A DNA stretch of 64,000 nt from Eledone cirrhosa (lineage: Eukaryota), in contig OZ024758.1 in the NCBI GenBank assembly GCA_964016885.1, positions 21,948,001 through 22,012,000 on the forward strand. Direction: 5' to 3'. The notes under the pieces are model-generated. The model had not been told where the DNA came from. It saw only the letters and a list, made by a program, of their open reading frames with translations, and did no database searches. Position 1 is the first letter of the stretch; each line of letters opens with the position of its first letter. Of this stretch, positions 39,924 through 53,488 are shown piece by piece. The position numbers and the translations under genes are program-made.

Positions 39924-40893
39924 TCCTTTGTCTTCCATCTCTCCCGTTATCTCTATATATCTACCACAAAATCTAGTTATCTCTACTCCACTATCTCACT
40001 AACTCTCGTTTACTCTCGCTAACTCTCGTTTTGTTTAGTTTTTGCTTTTTTTCGTTTTTTTTTTTTTTTGTTTCTCTCTGGATTTTTTTCACGTTTTCTT
40101 TTATAACTATTTTTTTCTCACATTTTTTTTATTTTTTTTTTTTTACTTTTTTTCTTTTCTTTTTATCTTTATTTTTATTTTTTAGTTTTTAGTTTTTGTT
40201 CAAATTTCCACATTTTACTGATTTAGCTTTAATCTTTCTTTATGTGTTTTATACTATTTTCAAAGACAAGCAGTTGTGTTAAAAGGTTTTTTGGTTGTTG
40301 TTGTAACTGTTGTTGTTGTTGTTGTTGTTTTGGTGTGGTTTCATTGTTGTTGTTTTTTTTGTTGTTTTTTTTTCAAAAAAAAAATATATGCTTATAAATT
40401 ATATAAAAAACATCGCCAAAAAAAATAATTGATGGCTCAATGCAATCTGTGCATTGGCTGGCGGAAATGTGAGAGAGGGGTTTTGTTGTTGCTATTGTAA
40501 CAGATGTTTTGTTGATGATGGTGATGTTGTTGTTTTTGTTGTTGTGTTGTTGATGTTGTTGCGTTGTTGTTGTTGTTGTGTTGTTATGGTGGCTGTTATA
40601 CTATTTTGTTGTTTTTTTTTTGCTTGCCTTGTCTTCCTTTTTTAACTGTGTGCATATATATATGTGTGTGTGTGAGTGTCTGTGCATCTGTGTATATATA
40701 TATATATATATGTGTGTATGTGTGTTTATATATATATATAAACGTACATATATACACGTATTTATATATGTATATATATAAATATATATATGTATATTAT
40801 GTAAACATTATATATACGTATATCTATGTATGCATATATATATATATATATATATATATGCATTATTTCTGTTTACCTTTTACATACATACAC

Positions 40894-40930
<37 letters not shown>

Positions 40931-41290
40931 TATCTTTCTCCCACATCTTTTATTTCTTTATTTATTTATTTACTTATCTATCTATTTATTTGTTCTTTTT
41001 CTTTTCCCTTTCCCTAGTTTTTTTCCCCCCTACATCCATGAGATAGGAGTTTGTTAATGTCATTTCAATATTGACTGGTTTTATTGACATAAAATCACGT
41101 TATAGTGAAATACATAAGCAACTAAAGAAAGAACTAGATTGAGCTAACACTCGGCCTCATTGTGTTGCGCAAGTCTTAGCACACGTTTTAACAACAGCTT
41201 AACGAAACACGCAACTTAAATAATCACAAACATACTCTCATACTATATTATGAGAGGTAGGAAGACGTGACAATCATTCCGTATATACTA

Positions 41291-41510
41291 TGTTCTTCTG
41301 GTTTTATAATTTCACAAAGTTTTACCAATAGAGAGAGAGTCGGTTTCTAACATAGACACAAGACTCTCTCATTGGAATTTACACAACCTCAACTAGGTAG
41401 ATATGTATGTATGCATGCATGTGTAGATATGGATGTTATTGTATGTGTGGATGTGTATGTTTTAAGTTGTATGTGTGCATGTGTATATGCTTTGTATCTG
41501 TACATGTGTA
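41291..41510 (-). mobile_element. Duplicated 3' UTR of the R4/Dong-like element
   Basis: Near-identical to 41547-41765 and separated from it by (TATG)n. Confidence 0.9.
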
Positions 41511-41548
41511 TGTATGTATGTATGTATGTATGTATGTATGTATGTATG

Positions 41549-42478
41549 TTCTTCTGGTTTTATAATTTCACAAAGTTTTACCAATAGAGAGAGAGTCGGT
41601 TTCTAACATAGACACAAGACTCTCTCATTGGAATTTACACAACCTCAACTAGGTAGATATTTATGTATGCATGCATGTGTAGATATGGATGTTATTGTAT
41701 GTGTGGATGTGGATGTTTTGAGTTGTATGTGTGCATGTGTATATGCTTTGCATCTGTATATGTGTATATGCAGTTATTAGATGCAAAATTTTTGGAATGT
41801 TTTACATATTTTTACTGTTCCATTAATGGATTGTACTTGTAATTTCCTAACTAGTTGTGTTCCTTCTGTTCCTGTGAAGACTAGCTTCTCAAAATTTGTA
41901 TTGAGGCAGTTACTAACATATCCCAGTGCCCCAATAATCACAGGCATAAATCTGAAGGTGTAATCAGGGTGGAGTATCTGCAGATTTCTCATCAGTTCTG
42001 CATAAATGTTCTCCTTTTCACTAATCTTTGATACTATATTGGCATCTGCTGGGCAGCTAATTTCCACTACTGTGCATGCTTTCTTCTCCTTATCCCATAT
42101 CATAATATCTGGTTTGTTATGCCTGCATTTTATTGGGGTTTTTACTGGAGCATTCCACCAGTACTCTTTCATATTATGTACATGGATGTCTTCCACGTTG
42201 CTGTAGCTTTTAATGTGTTTATTATCGGGGCTATCTTTTTTACGAACTGCATTGTACAGTGTTTTGGCCACTACATCATGCCTCATAGGTAGATAGTAAC
42301 GCGATGACATCTTTGGACAGCTGCTAATGACATGGGTGATATCCTCGATGTTAGTTCTGCAGAGTCTACACTTGTTATCACATCTAGGTGTTTTTCCTGC
42401 ATCCCTATCTCTTTTGTGAATCAGGTATTTCGTGCTAATCTCCTGTTCCTGGATTGCAAAAGCGTATCCTTCAAAGGA
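41549..42478 (-). mobile_element. 5'-truncated R4/Dong-like site-specific non-LTR retrotransposon (CCHC knuckle + restriction-like endonuclease + 3' UTR)
   Basis: Uninterrupted frame 42478-41777: [17 protein letters not shown]...CRLCRTNIEDITHVISSCPKM (CCHC), RHDVVAK, HNKPDIMIWD...VVEISCP...K..KENIY...PVIIGALG, ending in a natural stop. Both ends abut (CATA)n. Confidence 0.9.
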
Positions 42479-42577
42479 TATGTATGTATATATGTATGTA
42501 TGTATGTATGTTTATATGTCTGTATGTATGTATATATGTGTGTGTGTACATAGATAGATAGATAGATAGGTAGATGT

Positions 42578-43588
<1,011 letters not shown>

Positions 43589-43751
43589 AAGGAAAATCGA
43601 AGTAGTTTCAGATGTTCAAGTCCTTTATTATTAAAGGACTTGAACATCTGAAAGTACTTCGCTTTTCCTTATTCGATATTTACTTCGTCACTCCCATGTG
43701 GAATAATTACGTTGAGTGCTTGAATTGAATTGCATCAATATTTACCTTAAG

Positions 43752-43794
<43 letters not shown>

Positions 43795-43798
<4 letters not shown>

Positions 43799-44171
43799 CA
43801 GCTTTTACATGTCAATTTTATACATCTGCCTCATGTCAGCTAGTTTCACACGCTAAAATCGTAGATATACTATACTTCCCACCTAGATTGATGTTGTGAT
43901 TATTTCAAATAATTTATTGCTAGCATTGTTAGTATTGTTGTTATTGTTCTGATTGAATGCCATTACTACTATATATAGTAGCCATGCCTGTATATTCCTT
44001 TCATTCTCACAAGCCCCGATGAATTGACTGGTTATAACTTTGTATTGGTGATCGAATAACGTGAAAACAAGCGGGTAGCGATCTCTAGACCTACCAGTTC
44101 AGAGAAACAATTGTCAGCAATGAGATTAAAAACCTTTTTTGTATAGCAAACCATGCCAATCTTCTTTCCTG

Positions 44172-44175
<4 letters not shown>
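43795..44175 (+). mobile_element. Probable Penelope-like pseudo-LTR remnant with degenerate hammerhead (44013-44118)
   Basis: CCGATGA(44016-44022)-A-TTGACTGGT...ACCAGTTCAG-A-GAAAC-AATT-GTC(44115), then ATTAAA; embedded in (TA)n. Confidence 0.55.
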
Positions 44176-44250
<75 letters not shown>

Positions 44251-44480
44251 GTTAGTATTATATACACACTGATGCAAAGACAGAAAACATACAACTATAC
44301 ATATATATAAATTTGTTGTTTTATATGGGTGTATACACACTAAACACACTGACCCGTTACATAAATTGGGGATGTAGAAGGTAAAGTTAATAAAATTGTT
44401 ATGTAAATTTGTATATATATATATATATATACACCCTCCACATTTATGTATATATGATATGTGTGTGTGTGTAAATGTAA

Positions 44481-44521
<41 letters not shown>

Positions 44522-44632
44522 TATATGCTTATACACACACATATATATATATATATGTGTGTGTGTATAGGGAAAGAGAGGGAGGGAGGAAGGAGAGAGG
44601 AAAGTAGGATCGGATGTAGATAGATAGATATG

Positions 44633-44935
44633 TTTCTTTATTAGCCACAGGGGCACAAAAGAAGGGGACAAATACAAAGGGGGAAGTTTACATACAATAA
44701 AAACGTGTAAAATGTTATCACAAATGCAATTTAAAAAGTTAGTCGATTTTCCCCAATAGGGGGAGACAGTTTATATGGGTAACACATACCCCCAAAAAAT
44801 GTGCAACCCTCATCTCCAGGAGTACGAAGAGTTTGTACTCCTTTCCTCTCCTCCTCCTTTTCCTCAACCTACAGGCTGATATAGAGAGAAGGCCCATTCA
44901 CTCGGGCCATTCTCGCCACTTTCACCCACCTTTCA
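44633..44935 (-). mobile_element. Second, shorter Tx1/L1-like 3' end in (GATA)n
   Basis: TTTCTTTATTAGCCACA...CCCCAATAGGGGG...CCTCAACCTACAGGCT...GAAGGCCCA.TCACTCGGGCCATT is shared with 19043-19345. (GATA)n lies on both sides. Confidence 0.8.
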
Positions 44936-45084
44936 TAATAGATAGATAAATAGATAGATAGATAGATAGATAGATATGCGTGCTGCAGGATTAGACACGT
45001 ATGGTAATATACTACAGACACGCTCGTGTAAACCCAACAGAGATACATTTACATTATAGAGATGTTTAAATATATATATATATA

Positions 45085-45150
<66 letters not shown>

Positions 45151-45337
45151 GTTTATGTGTGTTTTGGGTGTATGTGTGTGCTAGTGTGTGATTAGGCGTG
45201 TGTATATTTGGTTATCAGTCACTTTTAAGCATATCCTTGTGTCCACATTGGATATATATATATATATATATATATACAGTGAGTATGAAAGATAGATATA
45301 TATATATATATATATATATATACGTGTGTGTATGTGT

Positions 45338-45409
<72 letters not shown>

Positions 45410-45578
45410 GTATCCTATACGTATCCCATATATCATTTATATATACATATATTTAATAGGCATACATACATACACACTCACATATATATACATACATACA
45501 TACATACACACTCACATATACATACATACATACATACATACATACATACATACATACATACATACATACATACATACA

Positions 45579-45610
<32 letters not shown>

Positions 45611-45650
45611 CATCCAGAAATATAAACAGACATAAATAGAAAACAATGCC

Positions 45651-46300
45651 TTCGGTTATGGTCGGTTTTAGTCGGTTATGTTCGGTTATGGTCGGTTTTG
45701 GTCGATTATTGTCGGTTATTGTTTAATGGAAAAATGCAATACTGTTTCTACAGCGGACACATGAAAAATACTCAAAATGGCTGATAACATCAGAATGGGA
45801 GAATGTCACATGATAGAAAGCCACATGATAGAAAGACACATGTTAGAAAGCCACATCATATAAAGCCACATGATAGATAGACGCATCATAGATAGTCACA
45901 TCGGAAATAGCCACATGGTAGAAAGCCACATGATAGAAAGACATATGGTAGAAAGACATATGGTAGAGAGCCACATGGTAGAGAACCACATGGTAGAGGG
46001 CCACATGATAGAAAGACACATGGTAGAAAGCCACATGATATAAAGCCACATGATAGATAGCCGCATCATAGATAGTCACATGGTAGAAAACCACATCGTA
46101 GATAGCCACATGGTAGAAAGGCACATGCTAGAAAGACACATGGTAGAAAGACACAGGGTAGAGGGCCACATGATAGAAAGACACATGGTAGAGAGCCACA
46201 TGATAGAAAGACACATGGTAGAAAGCCACATGATAGAAAGATACATCATAGATAGCCACATGATAGAAATCCACATGATAAAAATCCACATGGTAGAGAT
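45651..46300. repeat. 10-bp (GTCGGTTATG)n run followed by a 15-bp (GCCACATGATAGAAA)n array, ~33 copies
   Basis: Direct reading: 45651-45720 and 45805-46300. Confidence 0.9.
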
Positions 46301-46559
46301 ACCTCCCCAATAATAAGGTTCTCCATTAAGAGGTTTTGTGACAGAACAAACAGAAATTTATGAAACTACTTGGAATCAAGTATGTTTACATGTGTGTGTG
46401 TGTTTGTGTGTGTATGTATATGTGTGTACGTGCGTATGTATGTGTGTGTGTGTGTGTGTCAGTGAACAAACACACATGTATATGTGTGTGTTAAATCACA
46501 CACACACATACGCCGATGTGCATGTGTGCATGTGTGTGCGTGTGGCTCAGTCAACAGGG

Positions 46560-46626
<67 letters not shown>

Positions 46627-46851
46627 ATTTTGCATACACACGGATGTATGTGTGCAGTGTTTGTTTATGTTTTGTTATTGTTTTTGTTGTTACTACGCAC
46701 ACATACACACATTGGCTCACATATACACACATATATATATACACACACACAGTATTTGTGGATGTTTTACGATTTTTATTGTTGTTACTGCAACACGTAA
46801 TATATACACACATATATACACACATATACTCATTGCACACACGTAACATAT

Positions 46852-46894
<43 letters not shown>

Positions 46895-46960
46895 AACACG
46901 TAGCATTTACACACATACACACATTACACACTTAACATACACACATCACATATACATATT

Positions 46961-47016
<56 letters not shown>

Positions 47017-47749
47017 GTAACATACACACATTACATACACACACACACATATATACACACACACACATATATATATACACACACGTAACATACACTCATA
47101 CACACATATATATATACACACACATATACACACATATACACACACATATACACAGATTGTATCGTTTCACAGAGATATTTCATTGCTGAAATAATAAAAA
47201 ATGGCGACTTTTTTTTTTTCTTTCTTTTACTTTTCTTATTTTGTTTTCCTGTTCGAGCAATTAATAAAAATACCTTGTTGTGATGATGATGGTGGTGTGG
47301 GGGGGTGATGGGGGGTTATGGTGGTGGTGTTGGTGGTGGTGTTAATGGTGATGGTGTTGATGGTGATGGTGATTGTGTTGATGGTAGTGGTGATGATGAT
47401 GGCGATGGTAGTGATGATGGTGTTGACATTGATGGTGATGATGATGGTGTCGATGGTGATGTCGATGGTGATGATGATGGTGATGATGATGGTGATGATG
47501 ATGATGATTCAATTATCATTAACTCAATCATCAGATAAGAGGGATCTGAGCAGTTATTTGGTAGGTAGCAGAGATGTTCAAACAGAAGGCAATGTTCTGT
47601 GTTCGAATCCCACCCAAAATTACGACATAACCACCAGCCTAGTATTCTAATATTCGATAAATTCGATCGACCAAACAACGCCTCTCTATAAAACTCTGGC
47701 TTCATGCTAACGTCAAGAAATCGATAAATAATCTTTATTGATTTCTGAT

Positions 47750-47857
47750 GTTATCCGACTATCTGGCTTAAGGTTTACCCCTGGATATTCTGCCGGTTGG
47801 TTTTGCCTGTAAAATCAGTCCATTGGTTCTTTTCTGAGACATTCTAACCACATGTCC
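47750..47857 (-). mobile_element. RTE/Rex3-like LINE 3' fragment
   Basis: TTCTGCCGGTTGGTTTTGCC...CTGAGACATTCTAACCACATGTCCA is homologous to 25590-25658 and 62595-62665. Confidence 0.75.
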
Positions 47858-48330
47858 ATTCACCTGGCACACGAAACCTCTAAAGTAAAATTCGAACTCC
47901 CAAACTAGATGTTCTTAATCCAATACCTTTAGCATTTTAATCATGTTTACCTTCACAGTGTACTATTATAGAATAGAGATCCCTATTCCATTGGGAAAGA
48001 AAGACATAAAGAATACAGGGGTGGTTGTAAAGTATTTCTGGTTATGAAGGAACCAAGCTAGTTACGATAGTAATTAATCTTTCTATCTACGTCTTCAAAT
48101 AAGAATGAACACAGCCAAACTCGTCTATTTAATCTGTCTTTATCTTACCATATAATATTATAGTACGTTCGTAAAACAAATATTTCTAGAATAAATTCAA
48201 TTGGTTAGCGTTGTATGTGGGATATTTCGGTCTTCAAACACGAGTAAACACATAACCAAACTCGTCTATTTAATATGTCTTTGTCTATAGAACTATAGAA
48301 CTGTAGAAATATAGTATTATAATACTATAA

Positions 48331-48648
48331 CGGAGGTGTGCAACATATTCCATTGGCGGGCCCCTTTTGAACATTGGAACAACTATTAGGGCCATTAATA
48401 TCTATTAAGCACTATTCCAAAGATTCACCACAACTTCTTTCCATAACATGAAACTGAGAAATTATAACACACGTAACTCTATCAGCGAAGCCCTTTAGTA
48501 TAGGTCAACTAACAGAAAATCGTATTACGGTTACGAAAAAAATTCTGAATAAGCCTACAAGGTAAAACTAAAAACGATTATCGCAAGCGATTCTTACTGG
48601 TCTGGTGGGCCGGGGTGTGGCCCACGGGCCGCCTGTTGCTCACCCCTG
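48331..48648. mobile_element. hAT (Charlie-like) MITE, 318 bp
   Basis: Termini CGGAGGTGTGCAAC / GTTGCTCACCCCTG are degenerate CAGGGGTG..CAAC TIRs, with subterminal GGGCC motifs. 8-bp TSD TACTATAA/TACTATAG (48323-48330, 48649-48656). Confidence 0.8.
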
Positions 48649-49041
48649 TACTATAGTATTATAGTGCGTTCGTAAAACAAACACTTCTAGAATAAATTCA
48701 ATTGATTAGTGTTGAATGTGAGGTATTTCGGTCGAAAATTTAAGGTCGAACATCGAAAATTATATAAACTTTCCTGGAGGATAATCTCCTTTTAGTTCTA
48801 AACTCGTCTTTGCCTGTAAAGCGAAGATGATGAAATATGAGGTGACTGATCGAGATCAGAATGTCGAACATAATAGTAATAGAGTCAGAGATGTCGTTAT
48901 TAAAAGTTCATAACAACTTGACATTGGAATCATTCAATATCACACAAACATTTCCTCCGCCAACGGCTCAATCTGTTTAAACTCCTCTCCTAAATGCAGC
49001 TTTCTCTAAATAACTTCTAATTATGCTTCCTTCTCTCAATA

Positions 49042-49116
<75 letters not shown>

Positions 49117-49125
49117 GCCCTCTCC

Positions 49126-49162
<37 letters not shown>

Positions 49163-49643
49163 GTTTATATAAGCATTTTTATATATATGCATACGTACTT
49201 GTACGTGATTATATATAGGCGCGGGCGCGTGTAAGTATAGTGCAATATATATATATATATATATACGCGTGTGTGTGTGTGTGTTTATATTATACATATT
49301 AAGAGGTAATCTTGTTGTTTTGTTTGCTTTTGTGTTTGTTTTCATTTGTTTTTTGGGGGGATTTTTCTTTATTTTCTTTCTATTTCTTGTTTCCAGAAAT
49401 AACTTTACGTTGGAAACTTTCAAAATCAGTTTAAAAGAAATGAGGTGCTTTTTTTTCACCGAAGATACCTTCATGCTAAAATATCTTTTGACCTAGCTTC
49501 AAATTAATTTACATAACGCCATCTTGTACTTCCAAATACGTTTAGGATAACCTTGTTTGATATGATATATGGCGGCTGCATTATCTCTTTGAATAATAGT
49601 TAGCTGAAGCAAGAAAAACACGTGGAAAGACACCGACAGAAGA

Positions 49644-49738
<95 letters not shown>

Positions 49739-49922
49739 TGGAAAAGGGATGAAAGAGAGAAAAAGTGTTCCTTTATCTAATATTGTTGTTGAAATGTTGA
49801 AATTACATCTACACCGTGTTATTCTCTCAGGTAAACTCGTGGGTGTAAATAAGAAAAATAACGACCGTACATACATGCACATATATATTTATATATACAC
49901 CAAACATATATATATAAATCTA

Positions 49923-49982
<60 letters not shown>

Positions 49983-50040
49983 CCATCTTCACAAACACAA
50001 ACACTGCCATACCATAGATATACCCCTATACATGAATACA

Positions 50041-50094
<54 letters not shown>

Positions 50095-50099
50095 CACAC

Positions 50100-50131
<32 letters not shown>

Positions 50132-50182
50132 TTATATATATATACATATGCATGAATGCATATATGAACAAATATATATATA

Positions 50183-50254
<72 letters not shown>

Positions 50255-50962
50255 TATATATATATATATATAGATATATATACAAACATATATACATAGT
50301 TGCATTGATATATATACATAAACGCATATATATATATATATATATATGTGTGTATGTATGCATACACACATATATATATACAGTATGTATGTGTGTATGT
50401 GTGCATACACACATACATACATACATACATACATACATACATACATACATTTAAACATACATACATACACTACACACATACATACAGGCAAAACATGGCG
50501 TCTACAGTCACTTACGAACGTTCATTTCTAACCAATAATATAATAACAAACTTAAACCATTATTGTACTCACATCTATGCTATCAGCCTGTCTAACTAAG
50601 TGAAACTGATGGTATAAAGACACTGGCTATACAAGCAATCTTGATCTACGCTCCATAAAGACCGTTTGACTGACCGATCTGTTCTGGGGACAGAAAAGCT
50701 TGGATAATGTCTTACTGTAAGGTCGGCCGATTATTAGAGTCATTTAGCCGATTCCAATTACTGGGAGGTCAACGTGAGATAAGGAAAAGATAAATCCGTT
50801 ATTGGCAGACGTTTAACTAGATTAGATGTGAATGATAGGAGCCATAGATTCTCTTCTACATAGAATATAGACAGATACACATAAATAGACACGTACGTCA
50901 ATATACCTATATTGTATTCCTATATATATGTATATATACATTCTTGTGCATCTATGTGTATG

Positions 50963-51013
<51 letters not shown>

Positions 51014-51141
51014 TCTACTACTATAGGTTCGATTTAAACCTATTATATATATATATGTATATATGCATACGTGGGCTGTGAGCGTATGTATACATATATG
51101 TTTACATTTACGTTTACATGTATATATAAACATATGCATAT

Positions 51142-51181
<40 letters not shown>

Positions 51182-51333
51182 TATATATATATAAAGATAT
51201 TTCTAAAGATATATATATATATATCTTTAGAAATATCTTTATATATATATATATATATATACAAATATATGCATATGTTTATATATACATGTAAACGTAA
51301 ATGTAAACATATATGTACGTGTGTGTGTGTGTT

Positions 51334-51380
<47 letters not shown>

Positions 51381-51642
51381 TACATGTTTACATTTACGGT
51401 AGATAGATAGATAGGCAGATAGATTCTTTGATTGGTACATAGGTAGAGAGATAGAGAGGGTGAGAGAGAGATATTGATAGAAAGATAGATAGATAGATCG
51501 ATAGATAGATAGATTTCCAGAGCAGACGACAGATATATGATATTATAACCACACAGGAATACACAGACATACACAGCTCTATGGTTAGACGCTGAACTAA
51601 CTACATAGCGATACAAACATACTTATAACTATATAGAATATC

Positions 51643-51719
<77 letters not shown>

Positions 51720-51721
51720 TT

Positions 51722-51756
<35 letters not shown>

Positions 51757-52205
51757 GGTGGCTGCCAACTCGTTTTCGAGTACGGCCACTACTTTATATC
51801 CATGTAGGAGAAACCCTACCGATGCGCTGAACGAGTGTGACTTTTTAGTGCAGCCAGCGACTTGAAAACTCTGGTACAAACACTACACTTGTGACAATTA
51901 TTGACACATGGTGCTGGGCCCATGGTACCATGTGACGACAAGTGCAGAGAGATCTCCAGATATAAAGCAATGCCTGTGCTGTGAAGCTTTTATAGTGAGC
52001 AAAGGCACTGCACAAAGCCAGTCCCACTCTCTTAACCAAGATGATATTTACCAAAAAGAAGAACAAGTCAACATCCTGCAGGACTAAAAACAAAACCTGT
52101 CAAAGGGCAAAGAAGCTCTTAAGAGTCAATGGCCATCCAAAATCACCGGGAGAGATGACCCCTTAGCCTTTGTCAAGGCAGAATTCTAGGAGAAGGAAAA
52201 CTCTG

Positions 52206-52210
<5 letters not shown>
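51757..52210. mobile_element. Rearranged copy of the ~610-bp RTE-5'UTR-like element
   Basis: 51757-52075 is the reverse complement of 54227-54545, and 52071-52210 is a forward copy of 54060-54199. Confidence 0.88.
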
Positions 52211-52237
<27 letters not shown>

Positions 52238-52468
52238 AAAGTTCTATTTAAATTGTTGGGATACAACAAGCAAATATTTTTATTACTGATATAAAACACT
52301 CAGCAAATATGGTTGCATTCTTTAAGGGTATGTCAATATTTATTTATAAAACTAATCTATATTATATTTTATCTGATGAAAGCACACCATAATTTAACTT
52401 GGTGTCCTTGAAATATGTATAATGAAATAAATATGGTTTTATAAATATAGTTTCCATTTGTTAATATC

Positions 52469-52469
<1 letters not shown>
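52238..52469 (+). mobile_element. Hammerhead-bearing element (family H), longest collinear copy, 232 bp
   Basis: (TA)n(TG)n-AAAGTTCTA...TTAATATCG-(TA)n, with ends shared with the copies at 17367 and 55368. Confidence 0.88.
52365..52429 (+). ncRNA. Minimal type I hammerhead ribozyme
   Basis: Identical to 21019-21083; CTGATGA at 52373-52379 and GAAA at 52410-52413. Confidence 0.8.
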
Positions 52470-52530
<61 letters not shown>

Positions 52531-52538
<8 letters not shown>

Positions 52539-53050
52539 ATACTTTGGGAGGGTCATGTTGCCAATAAGAAACACACGCACCAGTTGCTTTCACTTCAATT
52601 TATTATAATAAATTTATAAATTTAGGAATTTATAAGTTTCCGGTTGGTTGGTTGGTTCCACAACCAGATGATTGTTTATATATTGTCAAAGTTCTTTCGT
52701 CACACATTATGTTACCTCTTCAGTGACTGGGGATTCTTTTCTTTGTTTTTGTGCCTCTCCTTTGTTCTGTCCTACGCCATCTTGTTTTTGTGTGTGTTGT
52801 GTGCTTAGTTTGCGCATGTGTTACATCCGGGTGTCTGTGTGTGTTTATATTTGTTTATTTATTTGTTTATTTACATGTTACTGGTTGGTTGGTTGTTCTA
52901 TGTGCGTGTGTGTTTTCATTTTGTCCTTAATTGTAAGTTGTGATGTTGCTGTTCCATTATTGGCAACATGACCCTCCCAAAGTATAACAATATCGGTTTC
53001 AACACACGTTTTCAGATAAAGAATCTTGCTAAACAAATTCAGAAAAGAAA
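52531..53050. mobile_element. Insertion in (TA)n with a perfect 37-bp inverted repeat and an unpaired 3' extension (Penelope-like architecture)
   Basis: ATATTGTTATACTTTGGGAGGGTCATGTTGCCAATAA (52531-52567) and its exact reverse complement (52957-52993), followed by a ~57-bp tail. A related TGACCCTCCCAAAGTA occurs at 36665. Confidence 0.65.
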
Positions 53051-53075
53051 TATATATATATATATATATATAAAC

Positions 53076-53191
<116 letters not shown>

Positions 53192-53443
53192 ACATATAGA
53201 CACACTTAGTCTCATTTCAGTAAACTCTGTTACAGAATAACAACATGGCCACCTTAATAGAGTTGCTCTCCCCTCTCACTATTCTCCCCTCTCATTACTC
53301 CTCTCTCACTACTTCCCTCACACTACTCCCCTCTTACTGAGAGATTCTTGGAATAAATTCCACAGACTAATTTCAAGATATTATTATCGACCAAATGTTA
53401 AACTTCCAAACCTCGTTACCGTCTGTAAACTTTATATATGTGT

Positions 53444-53488
<45 letters not shown>

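Noticed and set aside
41777-42310. 177-aa ORF as a host gene
   Set aside because: It is the C-terminus of a 5'-truncated retrotransposon ORF; the frame extends upstream to the truncation point at 42478.
47540-47615. tRNA gene suggested by GTTCGAATCCC
   Set aside because: Only a B-box is present and no cloverleaf forms; at most a decayed SINE head.
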